From positions 287 to 64,286 of the forward strand of contig VHCX01000012.1 in assembly GCA_016871615.1 (NCBI GenBank): 64,000 nucleotides of DNA, read 5' to 3'. This stretch comes from Verrucomicrobiota bacterium (GTDB lineage: Bacteria; Verrucomicrobiota; Verrucomicrobiia; Limisphaerales; UBA9464). The notes under the pieces are model-generated. The model was not told where the DNA came from. It searched no databases and worked only from the letters and a program-made list of their open reading frames with translations. A program made the position numbers and the translations under genes. The stretch's first letter is position 1, and each line of letters begins with the position of its first letter. This document shows positions 27,791 through 37,113 of the stretch, one piece after another.

Positions 27791-28996
27791 ATGAACATCC
27801 ACGAGTACCAAGCCAAGCAGTTGCTCAAGCAGCATGGCGTCGCCGTGCCGTCCGGCGAGCCCTGCAAGACCGTCGCCGAGGCCCGGACCGCGGCCGAGAA
27901 GCTCTTCGCCTCCGGGCACACCCTGGCGGTGGTGAAGTCGCAGATCCATGCCGGCGGCCGTGGCAAGGGCACCTTCAAGCATGGCTTCAAGGGCGGCGTG
28001 AAGCTGGCCAAGTCGGTCGACGAGGTGGTGGACTTCGCCGACAACATGCTGGGCAAGACCCTGGTGACCGTGCAGACCGGACCGGAGGGGCGGGTCGTCC
28101 AGACGCTGCTCGTCGCCGCCGCCGAGAAGATCCTCAAGGAGTTCTACCTGGCCGTGTTGCTGGACCGGGCCAACAGCCGGCCGCTCATCATGGCCAGCAC
28201 CGAGGGTGGCGTCGACATCGAGGAGGTGGCCCACAAGACCCCGGAGAAGATCATCAAGGAGTGGGTGGATCCCGCCGTGGGCATCCAGCCCTACCAGGCC
28301 CGCAAGGTGGCCAGCGCCCTGGGCCTCAAGGGCGACGCCTTCAACAGCGCCGTCAAGGTCATCCTCGGCGTCTACAAGACGTGGTGGGAATGCGACGCCT
28401 CGATGGTCGAGATCAACCCGCTGGCCGTCGTGGAGACCCCCGCCGGCAAGCAGGCCGTGCTCTGTGTCGACGCCAAGATCGGTCTCGATGACAACGCGCT
28501 GTACCGCCATCCCGACATCCTGGGCATGCGCGATCTCGCCGAGGAGTCGCCCCTGGAGATCGAGGCCAGCAAGTTCTCGCTCAACTACATCAAGCTCGAC
28601 GGCAGCATCGCCTGCCTCGTCAACGGGGCAGGCCTGGCCATGTCCACCATGGACATCATCCAGCACTTCGGCGGCATGCCGGCCAACTTCCTGGACGTCG
28701 GCGGCGGGGCCTCCAAGGACCAGGTCTCGGCGGCCTTCAAGATCATCCTGAGCGACCCCAACGTGAAGGCCATCTTCGTGAACATCTTCGGCGGCATCAT
28801 GGACTGCAACGTGATCGCCACCGGCATCGTCGAAGCCGTCCGGGAGACGGGCCTGAAGCTGCCCCTGGTCGTGAGGCTCGAGGGCAACAACGTCGCCGCC
28901 GGCAAGGCCACGCTGGCCTCGTCCGGCCTGACCATCATCAGCGGGGACACCATGGCCGACGCCGCCCGGAAGGTCGTGGCCGCCGTCGCCGCCTAG
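27791..28996 (+). CDS. sucC: Succinyl-CoA synthetase beta subunit
   Basis: Internal ATG at 27791. '[20 protein letters not shown]' is the canonical SucC N-terminus (ATP-grasp). Also '[12 protein letters not shown]' and '[10 protein letters not shown]'. Confidence 0.97.
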   Translation: MNIHEYQAKQLLKQHGVAVPSGEPCKTVAEARTAAEKLFASGHTLAVVKSQIHAGGRGKGTFKHGFKGGVKLAKSVDEVVDFADNMLGKTLVTVQTGPEGRVVQTLLVAAAEKILKEFYLAVLLDRANSRPLIMASTEGGVDIEEVAHKTPEKIIKEWVDPAVGIQPYQARKVASALGLKGDAFNSAVKVILGVYKTWWECDASMVEINPLAVVETPAGKQAVLCVDAKIGLDDNALYRHPDILGMRDLAEESPLEIEASKFSLNYIKLDGSIACLVNGAGLAMSTMDIIQHFGGMPANFLDVGGGASKDQVSAAFKIILSDPNVKAIFVNIFGGIMDCNVIATGIVEAVRETGLKLPLVVRLEGNNVAAGKATLASSGLTIISGDTMADAARKVVAAVAA

Positions 28997-29043
28997 TCCC
29001 GGACATCCCCCGCAACGACACCAACCCCCCACTTCCCAATCGC

Positions 29044-29943
29044 ATGTCCATCCTCGTCACCCCGCAGACCCGGCTTCTGGTCCAGGGCATCACGGGCGCC
29101 TTCGGCGCCCGCCACGCGCAGTTGTCCATCGACTACGGCACCCAGGTCGTCGCCGGTGTCACCCCCGGCAAGGGCGGCCAGGTCTTCGAGCACGCCGGCG
29201 TGAAGGTGCCCATCTTCGACACCGTCGCCGAGGCCGTCCGCGAGACCAGGGCCACGGCCAGCGCCGTGTTCGTCCCGCCGCCGTTTGCGGCCGACGCCAT
29301 CCTCGAGGGCGTCGACGCCCGTCTCGACCTCGTCGTCGCGATCACCGAGGGCATCCCGGTCAACGACATGATCAAGGTCAAGCGCGCCATGCAGGGCAGC
29401 GCCACCCGCCTCATCGGCCCCAACTGCCCGGGCATCGTCACCCCGGGCGATGGCAAGGATTCCCACGGAGGCTGCCGGATCGGCATCGCCCCGGGCTACA
29501 TCCACAAGCGCGGCCACATCGGCGTCGTGAGCCGCTCGGGCACGCTGACCTACGAGGCGGTGTTCCAGCTCACCAGCCGTGGCGTCGGCCAGTCTACCTG
29601 CGTGGGCATCGGCGGCGACCCGGTCAACGGCACCTCCCACCTCGACGTGATCCAGTTGTTCATGGCCGATCCGGACACCCACGGCATCATCATGATCGGC
29701 GAGATCGGCGGTTCGGCCGAGGAGGAGGCCGCCGAATGGATCAAGGCCCATGGCACCAAGCCCGTCGCCGGCTTCATCGCGGGCGCGACCGCGCCGCCGG
29801 GACGCCGCATGGGTCACGCCGGCGCCATCGTCAGCGGTGGCAAGGGCACGGCCCAGGCGAAGTTCGACGCCTTCCGCGCCGCAGGGATCGGGGTCGCGGC
29901 CACTCCCAGCGAGATGGCTGACACCCTGCTCAAGATGATGTGA
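29044..29943 (+). CDS. sucD: Succinyl-CoA synthetase alpha subunit
   Basis: '[12 protein letters not shown]' CoA-binding motif, 'IGPNCPGI', and the phosphohistidine loop '[15 protein letters not shown]'. Confidence 0.97.
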   Translation: MSILVTPQTRLLVQGITGAFGARHAQLSIDYGTQVVAGVTPGKGGQVFEHAGVKVPIFDTVAEAVRETRATASAVFVPPPFAADAILEGVDARLDLVVAITEGIPVNDMIKVKRAMQGSATRLIGPNCPGIVTPGDGKDSHGGCRIGIAPGYIHKRGHIGVVSRSGTLTYEAVFQLTSRGVGQSTCVGIGGDPVNGTSHLDVIQLFMADPDTHGIIMIGEIGGSAEEEAAEWIKAHGTKPVAGFIAGATAPPGRRMGHAGAIVSGGKGTAQAKFDAFRAAGIGVAATPSEMADTLLKMM

Positions 29944-30000
29944 GGTCCCTCGGCCGGTCCCGCCGCCTGGCGCGCCGGGGCCGGTCAGCCTCCCGCCCGG

Positions 30001-30852
30001 ATGCACTGGCATTGGCTCGACTGGACCACGGACCTCGCCGGGCTGCTGTTGTGGCTGTCCTGGCGCGGGTTCGGCGCGCATCCGGTGTCGGCGAAGCCGG
30101 CCCTGACCCTGGCCTCGAACCTCCATCCCGCAGATGGTGGCACTCCCCGGCGCAGTCCGATGGCGCTGCCCGGTCTGCTGATGCTGCTCGTGGCCCGTGC
30201 CGCGCTGCACCACGGGTTCCCGCCCCACTTCGCCGAGGCGGTACCCTGGTCGCTCGGGGCGGTGACCGTGGTCTTCCGCAGCGACCTCTGGTCCCGGATG
30301 CTGGCGCACTCGGTGCTGAGCTGGGTCGGGTTGCTGATCCAGGCCTACCTCGCTTTCGCCTTCCTGGCGGCCCTGCGGCGACGGGACGCCGAGACCGATC
30401 CGATCACCCGGAGCCTGCGGGGCGAGCTGGGTTCGCTGGCCCGCTGGCCCTGGGGTCTTTCCATGGTTCCGTTCCTCGTCGCCCTTGGCGGCCTCTGGCT
30501 GGCCGTGTCGCCCGTGCTGGTGTCGGCCGGGCTCGTCCCAGCGAGGGCATCGGGGGCGCACGCGCTTCAGCAGGCCGGCGTGGTGGCCATCGCCGGGCTG
30601 GCCTGCCTCAAGTGGCCGCTGGGGCTCCTGTGCCTGATGCGCTTCTTCCTCGACCACGTCTACCTCGGCCCGATGCCGCTCTGGGACTACCTGCACTCGA
30701 CGGGCGGCCGGCTCTGCGGGTGGCTGGCGCCGCTGCCGCTGAGGTGGGGGCGGATCGACTTGGCACCCCTGGTGGCCGCCGGGCTGTTCTGGGGAATCGG
30801 CCACCTGGTCGAGGGGGCCGCCCCCCGGCTGTTCCTGCGGTTGCCCTGGTGA
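30001..30852 (+). CDS. Polytopic membrane protein, probable YggT family
   Basis: Several hydrophobic helices. The C-terminal 'LPLRWGRIDLAPLVAAGLFW' resembles the YGGT repeat ('g.iDlSpl.a'). There is a 1-nt TGATG junction with the downstream DUF167 (yggU-like) gene, which mirrors yggT-yggU synteny. Confidence 0.5.
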   Translation: MHWHWLDWTTDLAGLLLWLSWRGFGAHPVSAKPALTLASNLHPADGGTPRRSPMALPGLLMLLVARAALHHGFPPHFAEAVPWSLGAVTVVFRSDLWSRMLAHSVLSWVGLLIQAYLAFAFLAALRRRDAETDPITRSLRGELGSLARWPWGLSMVPFLVALGGLWLAVSPVLVSAGLVPARASGAHALQQAGVVAIAGLACLKWPLGLLCLMRFFLDHVYLGPMPLWDYLHSTGGRLCGWLAPLPLRWGRIDLAPLVAAGLFWGIGHLVEGAAPRLFLRLPW

Positions 30853-31168
30853 TGACGCACCCGTGCCTCCGCCAGACGGCCGACGGGGTCCTGCTGGACC
30901 TGCGGGTCGTGCCGAGGGCATCGGCCAATGCCATCGTGGGACTCCGGGGGCAGGCTCTCAAGGTGCGTGTCACCGCCCCACCGGTGGATTCGGCGGCCAA
31001 TGTCGAGGTGGTGCGCTTCCTCGCCGAGACTCTCGGGCTGCCCCGGGGGGTGTGTCCCTGGTCCGCGGGGCCACCGGCCGGCACAAGCAGGTGTTGGTGC
31101 GGGGGCAGTCGATGGTGCAGGTGGGCGGCCGGCTGGGGATCCTGGGCGGACCCGGCCCGGGTGCCTGA
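30852..31168 (+). pseudogene. DUF167 (YggU-like) protein interrupted by a -1 frameshift in a G6 run (or an assembly indel)
   Basis: Frame 0 gives 'MTHPCLRQTADGVLLDLRVVPRASANAIVGLRGQALKVRVTAPPVDSAANVEVVRFLAETLGLPRG'. The conserved tail 'GVSLVRGATGRHKQVLVRGQS...' is in the -1 frame (stop at 31166-31168). The switch is at GGGGGG 31045-31050. Restoring one G yields a typical ~105-aa DUF167 protein. Confidence 0.65.
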
Positions 31169-31189
31169 GACCGGTCGGGGCGGACCCGG

Positions 31190-32839
31190 TCAGTCGAGGT
31201 GGGCGAGGCAGTCGGTGAGGAAGGGCAGGAGCTGCTTCTTTCGGGAGACGATCCCGTTCATCTCGAAGACGCCCGGCTCCCGCTCCGGATATCCGATGGT
31301 CCGGCGGAACCCCTCGGTCCCCGACACCAGCAACAGCGAGTTCTGCACCACGACGTCGGTCACCAGCAGGGCCGAGAACAGGTAACCGTTCCGGGCGCGG
31401 TGGGCCTCGAGGGCCGCGGCGACCTCGGACTTGCGGCGGTTGAACTGCTCGAAGCCCACCTCCTCGATCTGCGCCACGCTGAAGCGGTGGCCGCGCTCCG
31501 TGTATTCCTTGCAGTCGGTGGCGATGGCCTGCGCGGCCGGCTTGGCCGTGAGCACCGAGCCCGAGCTGAAGAGCTTCTCGGTGAACCGCGTGGCGTCGAC
31601 CTTGGCGATCGTCTCGAGTCTCGCCAGCACCGACGCGTCGCGCGGGGTCGTCGTGGGCGAGGTGAGGTTGAGCGTGTCCGACACCAGGCCCGCCAGCAGC
31701 AGGCCCGCGATGGACCCGGGCAGCTCGACCCCGTTCTGGAAGAAGCAGTCGGCCACGATGGTGCTGGTGGAGCCGACCGGCTCGTTGCGGAAGAGGATCG
31801 GCTGGTGCGTCGTGAACGATCCGATCCGGTGGTGGTCGATGACCTCGAGGATCTCGACCTTGTCGGCCCCCTGCACGGCCTGTCCGATCTCGTTGTGGTC
31901 GACGAGGATGAGGCGGCGGCGGACCTGCTTGAGGAAGTCGGACTTGGAGAGCATGCCGACCACGCGGTCGTCGCCGTCCACCACCGGGAAGGCCTGGAAG
32001 GCCGAGGCGGCGGCGATCGCCTGGATCTCGGAGAGCTTCTCGTCGGCCTGGAAACTGAGGAAGTCGTCGCGCAGCAGCCGCTCCACCGGGATGGCGGCGC
32101 GGCAGAGCATGGCGCTGGTGGCCGAGTCGTGGGGGGAGACGATCAGGCTCACCGAATGGTGCCGGGCCATGGCGAGGATCTCGTCCGACACGCTCAGGCC
32201 GCCGGTGACGACCAGCAGGCGGACCCCGCCCTGGATGGCCGTGCGCTGGATGTCCTCCCGGTCTCCCACGACCACCACCAGCCGCTGGGCCGCGTAGTTG
32301 CGCAGGCGCTCGGAAAAGCTGATCGGCTTCATCGCCGCGACCATCAGGATGAGGTCCTCCTCGACCTCGTCAGCGAACCCGCAGAGCACGCGGCCGCCGA
32401 GGGTCCGGGCCAGTCCCTGCACCGAGCCGACGATCCGCCTCGAGTCGAAGATCCGGTTGGGCGACGGGAAGAAGAACTTGCTGGCCTTGAAGACCGACAG
32501 CAGGCCGCGGCACCGTTGGTCGGCGTCGAGGATGGGCAGCACGCGGATGTTCCGCTGGTCCATCACCGACATCGCCTCGCAGATGCTGGTGCGCGGCGAC
32601 ACGGCCACCACCCGGTCCACCATCACGTCGCGGACCTGCGGCGACACGTCCGCCACGAAGCGCGGCGCCGGCACCCCGAAGGTCCGCAGCACGAAGTCGG
32701 TCCGGTCGTTGCAGTCGCCGCAGCGGGCGGCGACCGCGTCCTTCAGGCCGGTGCGCCGCTTGAATTCCGCATAGCCGATGGCCGAGCAGATCGCGTCGAT
32801 GTCCGGATTCCGGTGTCCGATGACCAGGGTTTCGCTCAT
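31190..32839 (-). CDS. CBS-domain-containing family II (DHH/DHHA2, Mn-dependent) inorganic pyrophosphatase
   Basis: 'VIGHRNPDIDAICSAIGYAEF' is DHH motif I, followed by a CBS pair and a DRTGG-like insert, then 'LVDHNE' and 'IDHHR' (DHH), and a DHHA2-type C-terminus. Confidence 0.85.
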   Translation of the reverse strand: MSETLVIGHRNPDIDAICSAIGYAEFKRRTGLKDAVAARCGDCNDRTDFVLRTFGVPAPRFVADVSPQVRDVMVDRVVAVSPRTSICEAMSVMDQRNIRVLPILDADQRCRGLLSVFKASKFFFPSPNRIFDSRRIVGSVQGLARTLGGRVLCGFADEVEEDLILMVAAMKPISFSERLRNYAAQRLVVVVGDREDIQRTAIQGGVRLLVVTGGLSVSDEILAMARHHSVSLIVSPHDSATSAMLCRAAIPVERLLRDDFLSFQADEKLSEIQAIAAASAFQAFPVVDGDDRVVGMLSKSDFLKQVRRRLILVDHNEIGQAVQGADKVEILEVIDHHRIGSFTTHQPILFRNEPVGSTSTIVADCFFQNGVELPGSIAGLLLAGLVSDTLNLTSPTTTPRDASVLARLETIAKVDATRFTEKLFSSGSVLTAKPAAQAIATDCKEYTERGHRFSVAQIEEVGFEQFNRRKSEVAAALEAHRARNGYLFSALLVTDVVVQNSLLLVSGTEGFRRTIGYPEREPGVFEMNGIVSRKKQLLPFLTDCLAHLD

Positions 32840-32856
32840 GGATGAGAGGGGAGAGC

Positions 32857-33498
32857 ATGACCGACGCTCCGGCCGGCATCAATTGCGGGCTGCCGGATTC
32901 GAAAGGGGGGGCGCCGGCATCCCCTCCCGGTCGGCGCCGGCCAACGCCCGGGGCTTTCCATCCGGGACGAAAGGGGGCTCTATTGGGGGAGGTGACTCTC
33001 CCCTACAAGATCGCCACGCTGCTCTACTGCTTCGACGACCGCGACAACGTCCTGCTGATCCGCAGGGCCCAGGAGCCCAATCGCGGGCTCCACAGCCCGC
33101 CCGGAGGCAAGCTCAAGACCGACATCGGGGAGTCCCCCTACGCCTGCGCCTGCCGTGAGGCCCACGAGGAGACCGGCCTGAGCCTCGCGCCCTCCGATCT
33201 CCACCTCACCGGCCTGGTCAGCGAGCACGGATACCAGGGGCAGACCCACTGGCTGATGTTCCTCTTCGAGGTCCGGCCCAGGCTCCGGCAATTGCCTCCG
33301 CCGCACCGCGAGGGGGTGTTTGGGTTCCACAGCCGGGCCGAACTGGCCCTGCTGGAGCTGCCCGACACCGACCGCGAACAGATCTGGCCCCTCTTCTGGA
33401 GCCATCGCGACGGGTTCTTCGCAGCCCATGTCCACGTTCATCCGGACGGCCGATCGAGCTGGACCCTCGAGCAGAGCAGTCCGCGTCGGCGGGCCTGA
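32857..33498 (+). CDS. NUDIX hydrolase
   Basis: Nudix box 'GGKLKTDIGESPYACACREAHEETGL' (Gx5Ex7REUxEExGU). The start is uncertain: the ORF opens at ATG 32842, only 2 nt from the divergent PPase start. ATG 32857, TTG 32983 (preceded by AAGGGGG-N5) and GTG 32992 are alternatives. Confidence 0.8.
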   Translation: MTDAPAGINCGLPDSKGGAPASPPGRRRPTPGAFHPGRKGALLGEVTLPYKIATLLYCFDDRDNVLLIRRAQEPNRGLHSPPGGKLKTDIGESPYACACREAHEETGLSLAPSDLHLTGLVSEHGYQGQTHWLMFLFEVRPRLRQLPPPHREGVFGFHSRAELALLELPDTDREQIWPLFWSHRDGFFAAHVHVHPDGRSSWTLEQSSPRRRA

Positions 33499-33528
33499 CC
33501 GACGGCGATCCGCGCCCCCCCCAAACCC

Positions 33529-34047
33529 ATGGATCCCCTGCAGACCCCAGAGTTCATCGACCCCGGGATCGACCGTGTCTTCATGGGCGACGCACTCCGC
33601 CTGGCCGCCCGGGCCTACGAGGCCGGGGAGGTGCCGGTGGGCGCGGTCATCGTGCGCGGCCCGCGGATCATCGCGCGCGCCTGGAACCAGGTCGAACTCC
33701 TGAAGGACGCCACCGCGCATGCGGAGATGCTCGCGCTCACCATGGCGCAGGAGGCCGTCGGCGACTGGCGGCTGACCGACTGCACGCTCTATGTCACCAA
33801 AGAGCCCTGCCCGATGTGCGCCGGGGCCATCGTGCATTGCCGCCTCGCCCGCGTGGTCTTCGGCGCCCCCGACGCCAAGGCCGGTGCGGCCGGTGGAGCC
33901 ATGAACCTCCTCCAGTTCCCCACCCTCAACCACCGCAGCGCCATCACGCCCGGGATCCGTGAGGACGAATGTCGGCACCTGCTCAAGAGTTTCTTCCTCG
34001 AGCAACGCCGGCGCGACGACCGTCCCCGGCAACCGGTCGACCCGTGA
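33529..34047 (+). CDS. tadA: tRNA-specific adenosine deaminase
   Basis: CDA-fold zinc motifs 'HAEMLAL' and 'PCPMCAGA'. 'EVPVGAVIV' precedes them. 172 aa. Confidence 0.92.
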   Translation: MDPLQTPEFIDPGIDRVFMGDALRLAARAYEAGEVPVGAVIVRGPRIIARAWNQVELLKDATAHAEMLALTMAQEAVGDWRLTDCTLYVTKEPCPMCAGAIVHCRLARVVFGAPDAKAGAAGGAMNLLQFPTLNHRSAITPGIREDECRHLLKSFFLEQRRRDDRPRQPVDP

Positions 34048-34070
34048 AATTCCGGCCAAGTCGCCCCCGG

Positions 34071-35129
34071 ATGAACGCCATCGCCAGTGCCTGGTTGCTG
34101 GCGTGGTGGCTGCTGCCGCTGTCCGGACCGCCGGTTCGCGGGCTCATCCTCTCCGGTTCCGGAGACCCCGCCGCCAACACCCATCCTCCGACCGGCCTGT
34201 TGGCGTCCGGCGGCTGGCAGTGGCAGGGGCGGTGGCTCTTCGCGCTCGGAACGGTGGTCGGCCCGAGGCACTTCGTCACCGCGCACCACCTCGGAGGCCG
34301 TCCGGGCGATGTCTTCGAGTTCCGGGGCCTGCGATACCTCGCCCAGGAGGTGACCCAACGGGCCGGCACCGATCTCGACGTCGTCACCGTGGCGGGGCGT
34401 TTCGCCGACTTCGCCCCCCTGCAGGCCGCCGCCCGGGAGGGAGGAAGACCCCTCCTGGTCTTCGGTCGCGGTGGCCGGCGTGGCGATCCTGAACCGGGTC
34501 GGGGCTGGTGGGTCGGGGAGTATGACGGGGTCCAGCGGTGGGGAACCAACACGGTGGCCGGGTGGGTGCCCGCCGACCGATCCCCGGTTGGCGAGTTGCT
34601 GGTGATGGACTTCTCGGTGTCGGCCGGTGCCGATGAAGCCATGTATGCGGGCGGGGACTCCGGTTCCGGGGCCTTCGTGCTGGACCGCGACGGGGTGTGG
34701 CGACTGGCCGGAATCGGATTCTCGGTCGAGGGGCCCTATGCCCCGGACACCGCCTTGCCGGTGCGCTCCGGGGCGCTGTATGACACCCGCGGGCTCTGGG
34801 CCGGTTTTCCCGGCAGCCAGGAACTGCTGCCGCCGGGACCGTCGCCGACGGGCACCCTCGGCTACATGACCCGCATCTCGGCCCACGCCGCCTGGCTGGG
34901 ACTGCAGACCTCCGCCGCCTCGCCTTCCGGTCGGCGAATCCTCGAGTCCGCCCCCGATCTGCGCGCGGCGTTCACCGAGGAGAGCGCCTACGCCGTCGAC
35001 GACGCGGCCCGCCGGGTGGAGGCGCCCGTCCCGGGTCCGACCTCCCGGTTCTACCGGCTACGGGGAGCCTCCCGTCTGGAATTCATCTCGGTCGACGGCG
35101 GCCTCTGCAGGTTCCGCTTCGATCCGTGA
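34071..35129 (+). CDS. Secreted trypsin-like (S1 family) serine peptidase with a C-terminal extension
   Basis: ATG at 34071 with a signal-like 'MNAIASAWLLAWWLLPLSG'. Triad contexts 'HFVTAHHLGG' (His), 'TDLDVVTV' (Asp) and 'GGDSGSGAF' (Ser). The C-terminal ~65 aa contain 'RFYRLR'. Confidence 0.7.
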   Translation: MNAIASAWLLAWWLLPLSGPPVRGLILSGSGDPAANTHPPTGLLASGGWQWQGRWLFALGTVVGPRHFVTAHHLGGRPGDVFEFRGLRYLAQEVTQRAGTDLDVVTVAGRFADFAPLQAAAREGGRPLLVFGRGGRRGDPEPGRGWWVGEYDGVQRWGTNTVAGWVPADRSPVGELLVMDFSVSAGADEAMYAGGDSGSGAFVLDRDGVWRLAGIGFSVEGPYAPDTALPVRSGALYDTRGLWAGFPGSQELLPPGPSPTGTLGYMTRISAHAAWLGLQTSAASPSGRRILESAPDLRAAFTEESAYAVDDAARRVEAPVPGPTSRFYRLRGASRLEFISVDGGLCRFRFDP

Positions 35130-35142
35130 CCTCCGGTCGAGG

Positions 35143-36786
35143 TCACCCCGGGGGGCGTCCGGGAGGGCGGGTTGCGCCGGGCTCGGAAGATCCCCCGGCG
35201 CCCTCCGGGCCCCCCCCTGCGAGGATTTCCACCCAGCGGTCCATCCTCGCGCGTGCCTCGGCGGCGTTCCCGGCCTCGCTGGCGTAGATGGCGAAGGCCC
35301 ATTCCTCGCCTCCGGCCGTCCTCACGTATCCTCCCAGCGCCTGCACGCCCCGGAGGCTTCCGGTCTTGGCTCGGACGACGCCCCGTGCCCGGCCCGAGCG
35401 GAACCGGTTCCGGAGCGTCCCGTCCACGCCGGCCCGCGGCAGGCTCTCCTTCCAGACCTCCCGGTGCGGGTGCCCGGCCATGAAGCACAGCAGTGCCACC
35501 GTCGCGGCCGGCGAGACCCGGTTGGATCGGGAGAGCCCGGACCCCTCCTCGAGATGCACCTCCGCCGGGGTGATGCCGGCCCGTGCCAGCAGGGCCGGAA
35601 GCCGGGCCAATCCCATCAGGTCGTGACGCGCCGGGGGCAGGTTCGGTGGGCCGGTCGGGCCATCGGCACCCCCTGGGGATGCGGGGGATGAGGGGGATCC
35701 CGCCGCGGACCTGGCGCCACGACCGACCTCGGCCAACAGCAGTTGGGCGTGGAGGTTCTGCGACGGTTTCAGGCAGAGGCCCAACCGCTGGTCCAGCGAC
35801 GGGGAGATCCACCGGTCCCAGGCCACCGGGGGGCAGTCCTCGGCGCTCCGGCTCACCCGGACCGTTCCCGTGACCGGCACACCCCGGCGCTCGAGGGTTC
35901 GCCGGAGGAGTTCGCCGAAGACCTGTGCCGGGCGGGCCACGGCCAGGTCCGCCGACCACCCGTTGGTCCCGGTTGCGAATCGGCCCCGGATCTCGACCGG
36001 CCGATCCGGGCCGGGCCGGATGGATTGGATCCGGTGCGTGGCGTTGGTCCCCGGGGACACCGCCCAGACCACCTCGAGCGCCGGCAGCGGGGGGTCGATC
36101 CGGAAGGGCACCGAAGCGGTGCCCGGGGACACCGGCGGGGTGGCCACCCGGAAGGAGTTGTCGTTGACCACGAAGGCGGAGACCGGTGCCGCATAGGCCT
36201 CGGCCCGGTCTTCCTCCTCCCAACCGGGCCCGTACTCCGGCACCTGCACCGCTGCATCGCACAGCACCAGATCGCCTTCGATGCGTCGGAGTCCCATCGA
36301 CCGCCACCGCTCCACCCAGGGCACCAACGCGTCATCCCGGGAGCCCACGGCGCCCTGCGAGGCGGTGCGCGGTGCCGTGCCGAGGGTCGGATCTCCCTGC
36401 CCGAGCATCCAAAGGTCCGAGCGCAGCGTCCCGTCGGCGTCGGGCGGCCGGCTCACCCGGACCGGGGTCTGGATGCGGGCCCCGGCTCCCAGGTGGTCCA
36501 GGGCCAGGGCGCCGATGAAGAGCTTCGTGGTGGAGGCCGGGATGAACGCCTCGTGGGCGTTGGTCGCGAAGAGGAGGGTGCCGTCGAGTCGCGTCACCAT
36601 CGCGCCCCAGCGCCCGGGAGCCGCCAGTTCGCGCTGCAGGAGGCCCGCCAGACGCCCGGTGCCGGGCGAGGTGTCGGCCCCGGTGTCACCGAGGACCGTC
36701 CTCGTGAGCCCCTCGAGCAGGAGACGGCCCAGCGCCAGCGCGACCCATGGTCGTCGGATCGCATCGCGTGCCATCATCGGTCGCAT
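35143..36786 (-). CDS. dacB: D-alanyl-D-alanine carboxypeptidase/endopeptidase (PBP4, peptidase S13)
   Basis: SxxK 'ASTTKLF', SxN 'SGLSRSN' and KTG 'KTGSL'. The start was chosen at ATG 36786 (36777 and 36774 are alternatives). The ORF in the track runs on through the tRNA gene and cannot all be coding. Confidence 0.85.
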   Translation of the reverse strand: MRPMMARDAIRRPWVALALGRLLLEGLTRTVLGDTGADTSPGTGRLAGLLQRELAAPGRWGAMVTRLDGTLLFATNAHEAFIPASTTKLFIGALALDHLGAGARIQTPVRVSRPPDADGTLRSDLWMLGQGDPTLGTAPRTASQGAVGSRDDALVPWVERWRSMGLRRIEGDLVLCDAAVQVPEYGPGWEEEDRAEAYAAPVSAFVVNDNSFRVATPPVSPGTASVPFRIDPPLPALEVVWAVSPGTNATHRIQSIRPGPDRPVEIRGRFATGTNGWSADLAVARPAQVFGELLRRTLERRGVPVTGTVRVSRSAEDCPPVAWDRWISPSLDQRLGLCLKPSQNLHAQLLLAEVGRGARSAAGSPSSPASPGGADGPTGPPNLPPARHDLMGLARLPALLARAGITPAEVHLEEGSGLSRSNRVSPAATVALLCFMAGHPHREVWKESLPRAGVDGTLRNRFRSGRARGVVRAKTGSLRGVQALGGYVRTAGGEEWAFAIYASEAGNAAEARARMDRWVEILAGGGPEGAGGSSEPGATRPPGRPPG

Positions 36787-36896
36787 CGGTTTCGTCGGGG
36801 GGCTGGGGAGGCGGTGGATGATCTGCTCCCGACCTTCCGGCAACGGGGAGCGATCGCTCGGTCGGATGGGGATCGTGACAGGAGGCTGGGGTGGGT

Positions 36897-36930
36897 CCAA
36901 GCGGGGTGGGTTCACCAAGCGGGGTGGGTT
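36897..36930. repeat. Tandem direct repeat, 2 copies, 18-nt period (core 'CCAAGCGGGGTGGGTT')
   Basis: The identical 16-mer occurs at 36897-36912 and 36915-36930, in the 327-nt gap between dacB and tRNA-Asn. Confidence 0.8.
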
Positions 36931-37049
36931 GAGACGGTGGGGCTTTGGGAGCCCGGTGGGTCCGGCCAGGCATCGATTTCGCAATGGCCCCTTCGAAGGG
37001 CTGAATGCGGGACGGATCGCAGGTTGGATAGAACCCCTGCTGCGAAATG

Positions 37050-37113
37050 CCGGCCTGGGAGGGACCGGTTCCGTGAGGGATTGGTTTTGTAGGGGATTGG
37101 CTCCGTGAGGGAC
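37050..37113. repeat. Four degenerate tandem 16-mers abutting the 3' end of tRNA-Asn
   Basis: Read in the tRNA direction, the units are GTCCCTCACGGAGCCA / ATCCCCTACAAAACCA / ATCCCTCACGGAACCG / GTCCCTCCCAGGCCGG. Unit 1 ends with GGAGCCA, a copy of the last 7 nt of the tRNA. Confidence 0.7.

Noticed and set aside
29944-30000. Direct 8-mer repeat GGCCGGTC (x2) after sucD, considered as a terminator
   Set aside because: The two copies are direct, not inverted, so no hairpin forms. There is also no U-tract.
31169-31385. Continuation of the frame-0 ORF 29940..31385 past the DUF167 region
   Set aside because: It exists only because the DUF167 frameshift removes the proper stop. It is antisense to the pyrophosphatase gene and has no similarity to anything.
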